From: Raja brachyura
Taxonomy: Eukaryota
Direction: 5' to 3'
Assembly (NCBI GenBank): GCA_963514005.1
Contig: OY740807.1
Coordinates: 2,108,001-2,172,000 of the forward strand
Length of the DNA: 64,000 bases
Shown: in pieces, positions 24,063-36,391 of the stretch
Position numbering within the stretch: position 1 is the first letter of the stretch
Layout: the number at the start of each line of letters is the position of its first letter
Made by a program: the position numbers and the translations under genes
Notes under the pieces: model-generated
Told to the model about the DNA's origin: nothing
The model's database searches: none
Seen by the model: only the letters and a program-made list of their open reading frames with translations

Positions 24063-25319
24063 CATACCTGCCAACATTTGGAAATGAAAAATCTTACTCT
24101 GAGTGCACTCGCCCCTTAAGGGTGGGGTCCAGGAGCCCGCCTTAGCTCCTGGATTTTAAGTTTTTTTTTGTAGTTTGCCGATATCATGATATATTCAGAG
24201 CTGCCAGGTTTTGTCAGAGCATTTCAGTATCCTTGTACCTGGAAATCAGTATTTTGCTGAGGATTTTTACGCGGTGACCTTTTGCTGAATTTTTTTTAAA
24301 TGCACGGTCATACCCATGTAAGAGTACAAGAATGCATAACTTGTTTATTGTGTATTTGTAATACGCTTTATTGTGTATTATATGTCATAGCTGCTTCTTG
24401 CAATTGGTAGCAAAGTCATTTGGTTGCAAGGAAGGAATCTCTCTCTCTCCCTCTCTCCTTTCTACGTATCTCTCCCCCCTCTCTCTCTCTGTCTCTCTCC
24501 CCACCCTCTCTCCCCCACTCCCCCCTCTCACCTTCTCTCTCTCTCCCTCACTCCCCCCCTCTCCCTCTTCTTCCCTCCCCCTCTCCCAGTCTCTCCCCCT
24601 CTCCCTCCCTCTCTCTATATATATATCCCCCTCCCTCTCTACTCTCTCCCTCCCCCTCACTCTCTATCTCTCCCTACCCCTCCCCCTCTCTCTCCCCCCC
24701 TCCTCCTCTCTCTCCCCCCCTCCCCCTCTCTCTCCCCCCCTCCCCCTCTCTCTCCCCCCCTCCCCCTCTCTCTCCCCCCCTACCCCCTCCCCCCTCTCTC
24801 TATCCCACCCTCCACACACACAACTACAACACCTACAACAAGACTCTATGCTTTACACTCTGTGCAAACAACAGAGACAAAGTGTTGGGGGCAGCCATCT
24901 TCTGCTTCAGTGGGGGAAGCTGGTCGGTGATTGGCCCCTCGGAAACAGCGTCTGATTGGCTGCCGTGTTATTTCACAGTTGCACTCCCCTGCACAGATCA
25001 CATTTATCCTCTCATCCTTGTACACTAGTCTCTTTATGGGAATCTCAATCCCCACCGAATCATCCTCGTTGATTGGACACAATGGAATCATCCTCGTTCT
25101 GTGATTGGACACAATGGTCTTGGAGACAGCGGCTGATTGGACGGGTATTTTATAGGAAGCCGGTAGCTGATTGGACGCAACCCCCTTAGAGACAGCGGTT
25201 GATTGGCCATTGTTTCTCCCTCATTTCAAAATCGTACTGTTCAGATTTGTTCAAAAATTGACTTTTTAAACTTATAAATCGGAAGAAATACGATACAATC
25301 GGACTAATTGGTAGGTATG
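24063..25319. mobile_element. Non-autonomous TIR DNA transposon (hAT-like) with a 6-bp TSD
   Basis: TIRs CATACCTGCCAAC and ATTGGTAGGTATG (2 mismatches); CATTAC at 24057-24062 and 25320-25325. Confidence 0.65.
24438..24812. repeat. CT-rich polypyrimidine low-complexity tract
   Basis: Almost exclusively C/T, with TCCCCCTCTCTCTCCCCCCC repeats. Confidence 0.95.
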
Positions 25320-25877
25320 CATTACTAGAACCGCTCACACTGTGATTGGATCTACAAATCTAGACACAAATTTGTGCTCTCCACTAAAGACCCACCATTA
25401 CATGTATGAAATGGATGTTTACCACAACGAGGATAATTCGGTGGGGATTGAGATTGCCATAAAGAGACTAGTGTACAAGGATGAGAGGATAAATGTGATC
25501 TGTGCAGGGGAGTGCAACTGTGAAATACTCACAGTTAGAGAAGACATTGGTGGAGGTCATTGGGACTTGTGGTCTGTATGCCTGTCTGTCTCATCACCTT
25601 GTGTAGCCTACTGCAGGCATTTAGATTTAACATCTCCAGTGCTGTATTCACCACCTCTCGTTTTAAATTGCTTTCCATGTTGTCTGATATTAGACTCTTA
25701 TCCCATCCACTTCTAAACTGCTGACGTAAATATTTTAATTACAGAGAGGACAAAATCCCAATTTCTGCACCACATAGACGCCCAATCTAGAAGTGAAGGG
25801 ATGTAATTGATAATATCAATTGGACAAAGTGTTGGGGGCAGCCAACTTCTGCTTCAGTGAGGGAAGCTAGTCGGTGA

Positions 25878-27287
25878 AATCATTGGACAAAGTCAGCATG
25901 GATTTATGAAAGGTAAATCATATCTGACGAATCTTATAGAATTTTTCGAGTATGTAACTAGTAGAGTGGATAAGGGAGAACCAGTGGATGTGTTATATCT
26001 GGACTTTCAGAAGGCTTTCGACAAGGGCCCACATAAGAGATTAGTATACAAACTTAAAGCACACGGTATTGGCGGTTCAATATTGATGTGGATAGAGAAC
26101 TGGCTGGCAGACATGAAGCAAAGAGTAGGAGTAAACGGGTACTTTTTTGAATGGCAGTCAGTGACTAGTGGGGTATCGCAATGTTCAGTGCTGGGAACCC
26201 AGCGATTTACAATATATATTAATGATTTGGATGAGGGAATTGAATGCAACATCTCCAAGTTTGCGGATGACATGAAGCTGGGGGGCAGTGTTAGCTGTGA
26301 GGAGGATGCTGGGAGGCTGCAAGCTGACTTGGATATGCTGGGTGAGTGGGAAAATGTATGGCAGATGCAGTATAATGTGGATAAATGTGAGGTTATCCAC
26401 TTTGGTGGCAACAACAGGAAAATAGACTATTATCTGAATGGTGGCCGATTAGCAAAAGGGGAGATGCAACGAGACCTGGGTGTCATGGTACACCAATCAT
26501 TGAAAGTAGGCATGCAGGTGCAGCAGGCAGTGAAGAAAGCGAATGGTATGTTAGCATTCATAGCAAAAGGATTTGAGTATAGGAGTAGGGAGGTTCTACT
26601 GCAGTTGTAGTACACCAGGTGATACCACAGGTGGTCTCCAAATCTGAGGACTCAGATGCCATAGAGGGAGTACAGAGAAGGTTAACATAGAAACATAGAA
26701 ACATAGAAAATAGGTGCAGGAGGAGGCCATTCGGCCCTTCGAGCCAGCACCGCCATTCATTGTGATCATGGCTGATCGTCCGTTATCAATAACCCGTGGT
26801 TCACAAGACTGATTCCTGGGATGTCAGGACTTTAATTTGAAGAAAGACTGGATAGACTCGGCTTGTACTCGCTAGAATTTAGAAGATTGAGCGGGATTCT
26901 TATAGAAATGTACACAATTCTTAAGGGTTTGGACAGGCTAGATGCAGGAAGATTGTTCTCGATGTTGGGGAAGTCCAGAACAAGGGGTCACAGTTTAAGG
27001 ATAAGGGGGAAATCTTTTAGGACCGAGATGAGAAAAACATTTTTCACACAGAGAATGGTGAGTCTCTGGAATTCTCTGCCACAGAAGGTAGTTGAGGCCA
27101 GTTCATTGGCTATATTTAAGAGGGATTTATATGTGGCCCTTGTGGCTAGAGTGATCAGGGGGTATGGAGAGGCAGGTACAGGATACTGAGTTGGAAGATA
27201 AGCCATGATCATATTGAGTGGCGGTGCAGGCTTGAAGGGCCGAATGGCCTACTGCTGCACCTATTTTCCATGTTTCTATGTTTCTAT
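25878..27287 (+). mobile_element. 5'-truncated CR1 family B with a nested antisense CR1 tail (26684-26797, TSD GGTT)
   Basis: DFQKAFDK, FADD motifs; TGTTTCTA tail. Confidence 0.88.
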
Positions 27288-27554
27288 ATTGGCCAATTTA
27301 GTATGTGAGAAAATTGAGGATTTCTGCCTTTGCAAAACCTGCTTGGCATCTTTTAGCAAAAGGCTGCAAAGACCACGAGGCTCCAGATGTCTGTGACCTG
27401 GGAGGAAGTTAAGTACAGGGTGATTTCCAGATGTCCTCCAATTGATAATATGTATGAAGGTTTTGCAGAAGGAGCTGGTTCCTGCTGTAAATGCATGCTC
27501 AGGATTGGTTAAGGAGAGAGAGAGGTAGAAAGGAGAGAGAGAGGTAGAAAGGAG

Positions 27555-28005
27555 NNNNNNNNNNNNNNNNNNNNNNNNNNNNNNNNNNNNNNNNNNNNNN
27601 NNNNNNNNNNNNNNNNNNNNNNNNNNNNNNNNNNNNNNNNNNNNNNNNNNNNNNNNNNNNNNNNNNNNNNNNNNNNNNNNNNNNNNNNNNNNNNNNNNNN
27701 NNNNNNNNNNNNNNNNNNNNNNNNNNNNNNNNNNNNNNNNNNNNNNNNNNNNNNNNNNNNNNNNNNNNNNNNNNNNNNNNNNTAGAATTGAGAGNNNNNN
27801 NNNNNNNNNNNNNNNNNNNNNNNNNNNNNNNNNNNNNNNNNNNNNNNNNNNNNNNNNNNNNNNNNNNNNNNNNNNNNNNNNNNNNNNNNNNNNNNNNNNN
27901 NNNNNNNNNNNNNNNNNNNNNNNNNNNNNNNNNNNNNNNNNNNNNNNNNNNNNNNNNNNNNNNNNNNNNNNNNNNNNNNNNNNNNNNNNNNNNNNNNNNN
28001 NNNNN
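27555..28005. other. Unresolved sequence (N runs 27555-27782 and 27795-28005) next to a GA-rich simple repeat
   Basis: Runs of n. Confidence 0.99.
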
Positions 28006-28814
28006 ACTTTGATCCCAAAGGAAACTGTCTTCCATTTAGAACCTCCTGTGGAAACAATGCAATGGGGTATTTTGTGACTGGATTAGGGAACTGTCAATTA
28101 ATGTATTCTATAAACCTTTATTTGTGTTTGGATCATAGGGCTTGCCCCCCCCCCCCCCCCCATATATCTCATGCCACTATATATCTCATGCCCAATATGG
28201 AATAAAAGAGGGGAGACCACGTGAGACTGAGTAGATCTTCTTGGACTGTGCTGACTATCTGGAGGTGTCTATTCGCACGAGGCTGAAGGGCGTGGATGAA
28301 TAGAAAGAAGGATCGCACCCATGGTGTTGGTTAGGTATCGTATAGGAAGTGTTTTTGTGTTTGAGAAGTGAAGAAGTTAGTTGATCTAGAGCTTGACTCA
28401 GTGTTTTACTGAACCAGACTAACTGTGAGATTAGGAGCTAAATTACATAATGACGTAAAAGGGGCAGTGGAGGTTCAGTGGGGCAAGCTGAGAGCTGAGA
28501 GTCAAGGCAGCCAAACCACTGTGGGTAGTTGGAGAGTGCAGAGATATGAAGATTTAAAGTGAGACCATAGATGAAGAAGAGCAAAGGTTTCAGAGGGTTG
28601 CAGGACTGGAAGAGGTTCCAGAGAAAGAGAGGGGATGAAGGCCCACGAGTGATTTGAACATGAGGTTGAGAATGCTAAAACTGAGTCAGGGAACTGGTGG
28701 AGCAAAGCATTAACACACACACTGTTCATTGCCCGGTGACCAGGAAGAGAAGGCTCCAATGTCCACAGTTTGTGACCAGTGAGGCCCACTAATCAGCTCG
28801 CAGATCCAGAGCCA

Positions 28815-29200
28815 CAAGAAACTGCAAGTGCTGGAATCATGGGTAAAACACAAAGTGCTGGAGTAACTCAACATTTCAGGCAGCATCTCTGGAGGACATG
28901 ATGTTTCGGGTTGGGACCCTTCAGACTGACTGTAGAAGGAGTGAGAAAGCTGGAAGAGAGGCTGCAGATCCACATAGGAATGGCAGAGACCAAGCACCTG
29001 TTAATTTGATACAATCACCACTTTCTCCATGTCTCCAAATTAACCTGAAAAGCACAAGAGAAGCCTATGAATAAACAAGATATTGCAGAAACTGGTTTAC
29101 ACAAAAGGACACAAAGTGCTGCAGTGACCCAGTGGTTCAGGCAACATCTCTGGAGAACATAGAGAGTTGATGCTTCGAATCGGGACCCTTCTTCAGACTG
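28815..29200 (-). repeat. Two short Penelope-terminus-related repeats
   Basis: ACACAAAGTGCTGGAGTAACTCA...GACCCTTC(TTC)AGACTG. Confidence 0.55.
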
Positions 29201-30499
29201 GAAAGCCAATGAGATGACCTCTCTTTGTGCTGAACTCCAGCAAGTACGGATAGACACTGCTTCACGGGTCCTTAATCTCAGGTGCCAACTTTTATATGGA
29301 ACACAAAATTTACAGAAGCTGGAATTCCGAGACAAAGATGGACCATGCTAGGAATCATCAGCAGCTCAGGCAACTAATGTGGAGAGAGAAGCAGAGCTGA
29401 GACATTTCACTTGCTCCCCAGGAGATGCTTCCCGACGAGCCGAGTACTGTAAACCCTCGTTCTAATGTAGCCCGTTATAATGGACTTCGGATACAGCGGA
29501 CGGACCTGCTGACACCATCCAGGCTCGTACCATCTCACCAGCCGTTCAGAGCCCCGGCATCCAACCCCACCTCCAACTTGCAAGGTGCACTAGAGAGCCC
29601 TTCTTCACCTACAGCAAGGTCTGGGTGACGCATCTGTTGTTGGGACTCACCATGTAATGCTTTCTTTGGGCAGCTGCCTCTGACAGATACTTTCAGTCAC
29701 TGACTATGGGGCTCTCACCTGCTGCTGCTTCTTGTGTTGGCGGTACATTTGTCCACTCCCGTGTCGATGGCCACTGCCCACTTGGCCTCTCCCCCACCCC
29801 CACCAGATACTCATTATTTCCCCCCACAGTCACCAACATACTCAAATTTGGAGGCGGCAACAGGTCAGCCTCACGGTGACAGAAGGCGTCTTGTCGTTGG
29901 CAGCAGCCTGAAAAAAGCGTTGTCGGCCAGCACGACAACATGAGCCACAATAACAGCCACGCCAAGAAGGGCTCGCTGATGAAGACCAGTTGCATTGGCG
30001 CCAAGCTTTAAGGTCTAACGACACATAATGCTGGACTGACTCAGCAGACTGAATCAGTGTGAAGAAGGCTCCCGATGTCTCCTACCCATGTTCTCCAGAG
30101 ATGCTGCCTGACCTGCTTTGCAAATCTGTGTACTGTCCCATTGAAGTCCACTAATCTTACATCCCACCAACGCATTTCAATGCTTATTAATTATTGTGAT
30201 TATGTATAGTATGATTTTACTGAATTGTATGCAAAATAAACAATTTCACTCTACGCTGGTACACGTGGCAATAATAAACCTAAACTTGTCCCTTTAGCTG
30301 CAGTCGCATCCACAGGCAGGAGATCACGACCAGACCCACACTTCCATCCCGGGACGGCTGCGGCCGGTCCCATCTTTCACCCCCGGCTCCCATCCTGTCT
30401 CTTCCCACCTCTGCCGAACACACCAGGACCTGCAATCTAAGATACCCCTGCTGCGCAACACTACTCAGGGCCCTCCGATTTGATACTCAAGGTAAAGGG

Positions 30500-31420
30500 A
30501 ACATTAGGAGGTCGCGATCACAACATGACAAGTTTTAATCTGCAAATTGAGAGGGAGAAGGTGAAATCGGATATGTCGGTATTGCAGCTGAGCAAAGGGG
30601 ATTACAACGGCACGAGGAGGAGCTGGCAAAGGTTGACTGGAAAGAGACCCTAGCATGGGTGACGGTGGAACAGCAATGGCAGGAATTTCTGGGAATAATC
30701 CGAAAGATGCAGGATCTTTTTATTCAAAAGAGGAAGAAAGTTTCAGGGGGAGAAAGAGGCGACCATGGCTGACAAGGGAAGTCAAGGACAGTATAAAAGA
30801 TAAAGAGAAGGCATATAGCAAAGATTAATAGGAAACCAAATGATTGGGGAGCTTTTAAAGAACAACATAAGGTAATTAAAAAGGCAATACGGGAGAAAAG
30901 GTGAAATACGAAAGTAAGCTAACCAATAATATAAAAGAGGATAGGAAGAGTTTCTTCAGTTATATAAAGAGTAAGAAAGAGGCTAGAGTGGAAGTTGGGC
31001 CGCTGGAAAATGATACAGGAGAAGTGATAATGGGGAATAAAGAAATGTCAACTTTGTTGCTGCAGTCTTCACAGTGGTGACACCAGCAACGTGCTTGAAA
31101 TTCAAGAGAGTCAGGTGTTGAAGTTTGTGGAGCGGCTATTACTCAGAACAAGGTACTTGGGAAGCTGAAAGGGCTGAAGGTGGATAGGCCACCTGGACCA
31201 GATGGACTGCACCCTAGGGTCCTGAAAGACGTGGGTTTATTGTGGAAGCATTGACAGTGATATTTCAAGAATCTCCATAGACAGGAGAGGTCTCAGATGA
31301 TTGGAAAATTGCCAATATTACCCCTCTGCACAACAAGGGAGCAAAGCAGAATAGTGGGAACTATTCGCCAGTTAGTCTGACTTCAGTAGTTAGTAAAATT
31401 TTAGAGTCCTTTATAAAGGA
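30500..31420 (+). mobile_element. Degenerate CR1 ORF2 internal fragment
   Basis: PWLTREVKDSIK and PGPDGLHPRVLK-like sequence. Confidence 0.75.
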
Positions 31421-32409
31421 GTCAATCTGCATTCGCCATCCTCTGCCCTCTAGCACAGCTGATCAAGAGCCTGTTGTAATGTTTGACAACAATCTGACAT
31501 TGACCAGTGGCTGTGGCAGTACAGATTCCATTGAGGCTTCTACACTGAGGAATTCGGGTGCCTGGGGATTATGCGGCAGCGACGTGGAGAGAGTCACCCG
31601 CGATTGTAGCAAGTGAAGGAACAGGCCCATTGTTGCTCTTCTCTGATGTGACCTGGAATGAAGCATTGACTGAATTCCTTGGATCACCGTTATGTCCATC
31701 GGTGAGCGCGGAGTGTGCGAGTGAGGTGTCCGTGGATAGAGGCCATGAGCCCCTGATCCCCCCCCCCCCCCCGGGTCGCTGTGATATCCTAATATTTCCC
31801 TGCTGCTGATCCCAGTCCCCGCTCCTCCCGAATATTATATATTTTTCACAGCTGGAAACCTCGGCGATTTCTCCCTCCCGCAGCGAGCTCTTTCGCAATT
31901 ATTATCAAATGAACTTACTATCAATTAAAATATTGAAGTTCATCGCTTGAAAGAGCAATGAACTGCAATTAATGAAAATATTTTTTAAAGGCTACATTTC
32001 AGGTTCATCGTCTTCCGGAGATTGCAGTTTCTTAATGTTAAATCATTTTTCAAAATGCTCCCTCACGACTCCCTCCTCCCTCACAGGGTCCCAGCGACCG
32101 CGACACCTGCACCGCTTCACAAACAACCAAAAACAGCATCGATTTGTATAACGGCAGCTAAATAAAGACCGCGCCAACACCGGCCGGGTCCCCGTGGGGA
32201 AATGACGAGAACGCAGCTGCATCAGCGCCGCTCAAACACACGGGCTGGCGCCTGGGCTGCTCGGCCCATGGACCGTCGGCAATGTGGTGGTGACTGGACA
32301 CAATGAGACTGATGGAGGGAGACATATTCCAGTTCATAATTCAACCGAGTTATCGATTTCAAGTCCCAGCCCATCAGCTTCCACATCAATGTAATCCTTC
32401 TCAAAAACC

Positions 32410-33110
32410 CATGCTCTCTAATACTTCATTTTCCCACCCCGGAATAAAGACTCTGCATTCACACTATCTATCCGCCTCATGATTATATAACTCTCTATAG
32501 GGTCACCCCTCAGCCTTTTGTGTTCCAAGGAATTTGGCCCTAACCTGCTCAACCTCTCCCTGTAACTCGGGCACTCCAGTTCTTCCAACACCCTTGTGAC
32601 TCTCGATGCACTTTTTCCAGCTTAATTAACATGTTTCCAACATAAAAATGACCAAGTCTGGACACGACTCACCTATTGTGGTCTCATCAACGTGTCTTGC
32701 AAATGTCAGATACTAACTTCTATACTTGACTGATGCAGGACAATGTTCCGAAAGCTTCCTTGACCACCCAGTCTACTTGTGACAACACTGTTATGGAACC
32801 ATGTACCTGTACTCCCTCTGCTCAACAACACTTCATATTTACCGGTTACACCAATTTTAAGGAATTGTGCTCTCCAACCACCCCCCACCACCCCCAACCC
32901 CCGGGCCTTCATTGTGAACCTCCTGCCCTAGATGGTCTTCCCAAAATGCAACGCATTGCAGTTATGTACATTGCGCTCCATTTGAAGTTCTTCAGAGCAT
33001 TTGACAAGTTGATCAAGATCCTGTTTAAACCCCTGATAACCCCCTCAATGTCAGCATTACCAGCTATTTTGTGGCATCTGCAATGTGACTAATCATGCCT
33101 TATACATTCC
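32410..33110 (-). mobile_element. Old, degenerate CR1 RT fragment
   Basis: Nucleotide similarity to the 3' halves of other CR1 copies in the window. Confidence 0.5.
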
Positions 33111-33742
33111 TATACATATTTGACAACTCCGACACCGAGGCACGAGAGAACACAGAGTGTTTGGGACAAGCTTCTAACATACCCTAAACTGCAATAGGTT
33201 AAGAGAGACTATTTAATCAATCAAGACGACCCAAGCTGCTTTGTTGTTATCGGGAAATGCGGGTGCCAGGACACACGGGAAGGCACCCGAACAGTTTACC
33301 AAACGCTCCGGTCGAAATGTGGTCTCAAAGAGTATGTTACTGGAACACAGGGAGGTGCAGAGGTTAAGAAAACTCAAGGGCTCACGACTATCTCAGCCGA
33401 AGGCAGGAACGCTCATGGCGGCCGCGGTTAGATTTGGGACCCAATCATTGTGAATGAGGCGAAGCGGAGGTGTTGGTGCTTGTGGGGCTGCAGGAGGGAG
33501 GTTCCTGGGTCTGGGTCGGGGGTTCTGTGGAGGGCTGAGGACAATGGGTGCGGTACTCCCGATAATTAACTGTAGGGAACTTCACTCATGATGATCGCAT
33601 CATGATGTTCATCCATCGGTATAGAGATGGTGAAGGGGTGAAGGGTGGTGGTGATTCACGGAGTTACGGTGAAAACCGAAACACAGTTGTCCAAGTGTAA
33701 CGGCTCTTCTCAGAATAGACGACTGGCTCTCAGAACAACCCG

Positions 33743-33955
33743 TTCTCTGCCACAGAAGGTAGTTGAGGCCAGTTCATTGGCTATATTTAAGAGGGCGTTA
33801 GATGTGGCACTTGTGGCTAAAGGGATCAGGGGATATGGAGAGAGGGCAGGTACGGGATACTGAGTTGGATGATCAGCCATGATAACATTGAATGGCGGTG
33901 CAGGCTCGAAGGGCCGAATGGCCTACTCCTGCACCTATTTTCTATGTTTCTATGT
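33743..33955 (+). mobile_element. CR1 family B 3' end
   Basis: SLPQKVVEASSLAIFKR...; TTTCTATG tail. Confidence 0.85.
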
Positions 33956-33999
33956 ACTAGAGCTGTCGTAATCCACCCGTTTTAATGATATATCTTGAT

Positions 34000-34291
34000 C
34001 AGTTTAGATTCGTTCAGTTTAGAGATAAAGCGCAGCAACAAGCCCTTCGGCCCATTGGGTCCGCGCCGACCAGCGATCCCCACTATCCTACACCCACTAG
34101 GGACAATTTTTACATTTACCAAGCCAATTAACCTACAAACATTTACGTCTTTGGAGTGTGGGGGGATACCGAAGCTCTCGGAGAAAACCAATGCAGGTCA
34201 CGGGGAGAACATACAAACTCCGTACAGACAGAACCCGTAGTCGGGATCGATCCCGGGTCTCCGGCAGGAACTCTGCCGCTGCTACACCGTG
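34000..34291 (-). mobile_element. tRNA-derived V-SINE (HE1-like)
   Basis: B-box-like sequence, conserved TGTCTGTACGGAGTTTGTA core, CR1-like tail. Confidence 0.75.
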
Positions 34292-34589
34292 AGTCCGTGG
34301 GCTGAGGACAATGGGTGCGGTGCTCCCGCGCTCTTTTAGTGAGGAGGAACTTATTTCGTCATTTGTGGAACTCCTTGCCACCGAGGGCTGTGGAGTCCAT
34401 GTCCAGTGGGCATTTTTAAGGCAGAGGTTGACACATTTTGATTAGAATGGGTGTCAATGGTTATGTGGAAAAGGCAGGAAATGGGATTAGTAGGCAGACA
34501 TCAGACTGGATTAAATGGCGGATTAGACTCGATGGGCCCAATGCCTTAAATTTATTCTGATAATTCATCTCCTTAATTCCAGCCCACGG

Positions 34590-36057
34590 GTGTGTAACAT
34601 GAATATATTCCAAGGTCTCTGCACCTGTGGATTGGAAGATAGCTACTGTTATCCCACTTTTTAAGAAGAGGGAGAGAGAAAACAGGACATTATAGAGCAG
34701 TTAGCCTGGCATCAGTGGTGGGGAAGATGCTGGAGTCAATGAATAAAGATGTAATAGCGGCGCATTTGGATAGCAGTAACAGGATCGGTCCAAGTCACCA
34801 TGGATTTATGAAGGGGAAATCATGCTTGTGTAATTTTCTAGAATTTTTTCAGGATGTATCAAGAAATATGGATAAGGGAGAGCCAGTGGATGTAGTGTAT
34901 CTGGACTTTCGGAAAGCCTTTGACAGGTCCTACACAGGAGATTAGTGGGCACAATTAGAACATAAGGTATTGGGGGTAGGGTATTGACATGGAAAGAAAA
35001 TTGGTTGGCAGACAGGAAACAAAGAGTAGGAATTAACGTGTCCCTTTCAGAATGACACGCAGTGAATAGAGGGGTGCCGCAAGGCTCTGTGCTGGGACCG
35101 CAGCTATTTGCAATATGTATAAATGAGTTAGATGAAGGAATTAAAAGTAACATTAGCAAATGTGCAGATATCACAAAGCTGGGTGGCAGTGTGAACTGTG
35201 AAGAGGATGCTATGAGGATGCAGGGTGACTTGGATAGGTTGGGTGAGTGGACAGATGCAGTATAATGTGGATAAATGTGTGTTTATACACTTTGGTGGCA
35301 AGAACAAGAAGGCAGATTACCATCTGAATGTCGTCAGAATGTTGCAGGATAAGGGGAAGTGCAACGAGACCTGGATGTCCTTGTACACCAGTCACTGAAA
35401 GTAAGCATGCAGACACATCAGGCAGTGAAGAACGCTAATGGCATGTTGGCCTACATAACGAGAGGTTTTGAGTATAGGAGCAAAGAGGTCCTCCTGCAGT
35501 TGTACAGGGCCCCTGTGAGACCACCCCTGGAGTATTGCGTGCAGATTTGGTCTCCTAAATTGAGGAATGCCATTCTTCCTAGTGAGTGCAGCGTAGGTTC
35601 ACGAGGTTAATTCCCGGGATGGCGGGACTGTCATATGATGAAAGAATTGGACGACTGGGCTTGTATTTACTGGAGTTTAGAAGGATGAGAGAGGATCTTA
35701 TAAAAACATATACAATTATTAAGGGATTGGACAAGCTAGATGCAGAGAACATGTTCCCGATGTTGGGGGAGTCCAGAACCAGGGGCCACAGTTTAAGAAT
35801 ATGCGGTAGGTCATTTACACCGGAGATGAGGAAAAACGTTTTCACCCTGAGTGTTGCGAATTTGTGGAATTCTCTGCCTCAAAAGGCAGTGGAGGCCGAT
35901 TCACTGGATACATTGAAAATAGATTTATATAGGGCTCTTAGGTTTAACGGAATCAAGGGATATGGGGAGATGGGGAGAGAATGGGGAGAAGGCAGGAACG
36001 GGGTACTGAATATGGATGATCAGCCATGATCCCATTGAATGGCGGTGCTGGCTCGAA
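34590..36057 (+). mobile_element. Degenerate CR1 family B
   Basis: [20 protein letters not shown] and LEFRRMR motifs across frameshifts. Confidence 0.85.
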
Positions 36058-36079
36058 TTGCTTGGTTTATACAATACAT

Positions 36080-36366
36080 ATTTTAGTTAGTTTTCTTTAG
36101 AGACACGTCCCTTCGGCCCAGAGAGTCCGCACCGACCAGTGACCTCCGCACACTTACACTATCCTACACACACTGGGGACAATTTACATTTATACCAAAC
36201 CAATTAACCTACAAATCTCTATGCTTTTGGATTATGGGAGGAAACAAAAGATCGAGAGGAAAACCTACGCAGCTCGTGGGGAGAACGTACTAATTCCGTA
36301 CAGACAAGTATCCGTAGTCAGGATCGAACCCGGGTCTCTGGCAGTAGCTCAACTGCCACGCCACCC
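36080..36366 (-). mobile_element. V-SINE (HE1-like)
   Basis: Homologous to 34000-34291; GGTTCGATCC B box on the minus strand. Confidence 0.75.
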
Positions 36367-36391
36367 CTGGATTGAATGGATTTTAGATATA

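Noticed and set aside
24371-25028. Long Pro/Ser/Leu-rich ORFs in three frames
   Set aside because: Artefacts of the CT low-complexity tract
27499-28057. ORFs made of X residues
   Set aside because: They span N runs
31569-31898. 109-aa minus-strand ORF
   Set aside because: Non-ATG start, crosses a homopolymer run, no recognisable domain
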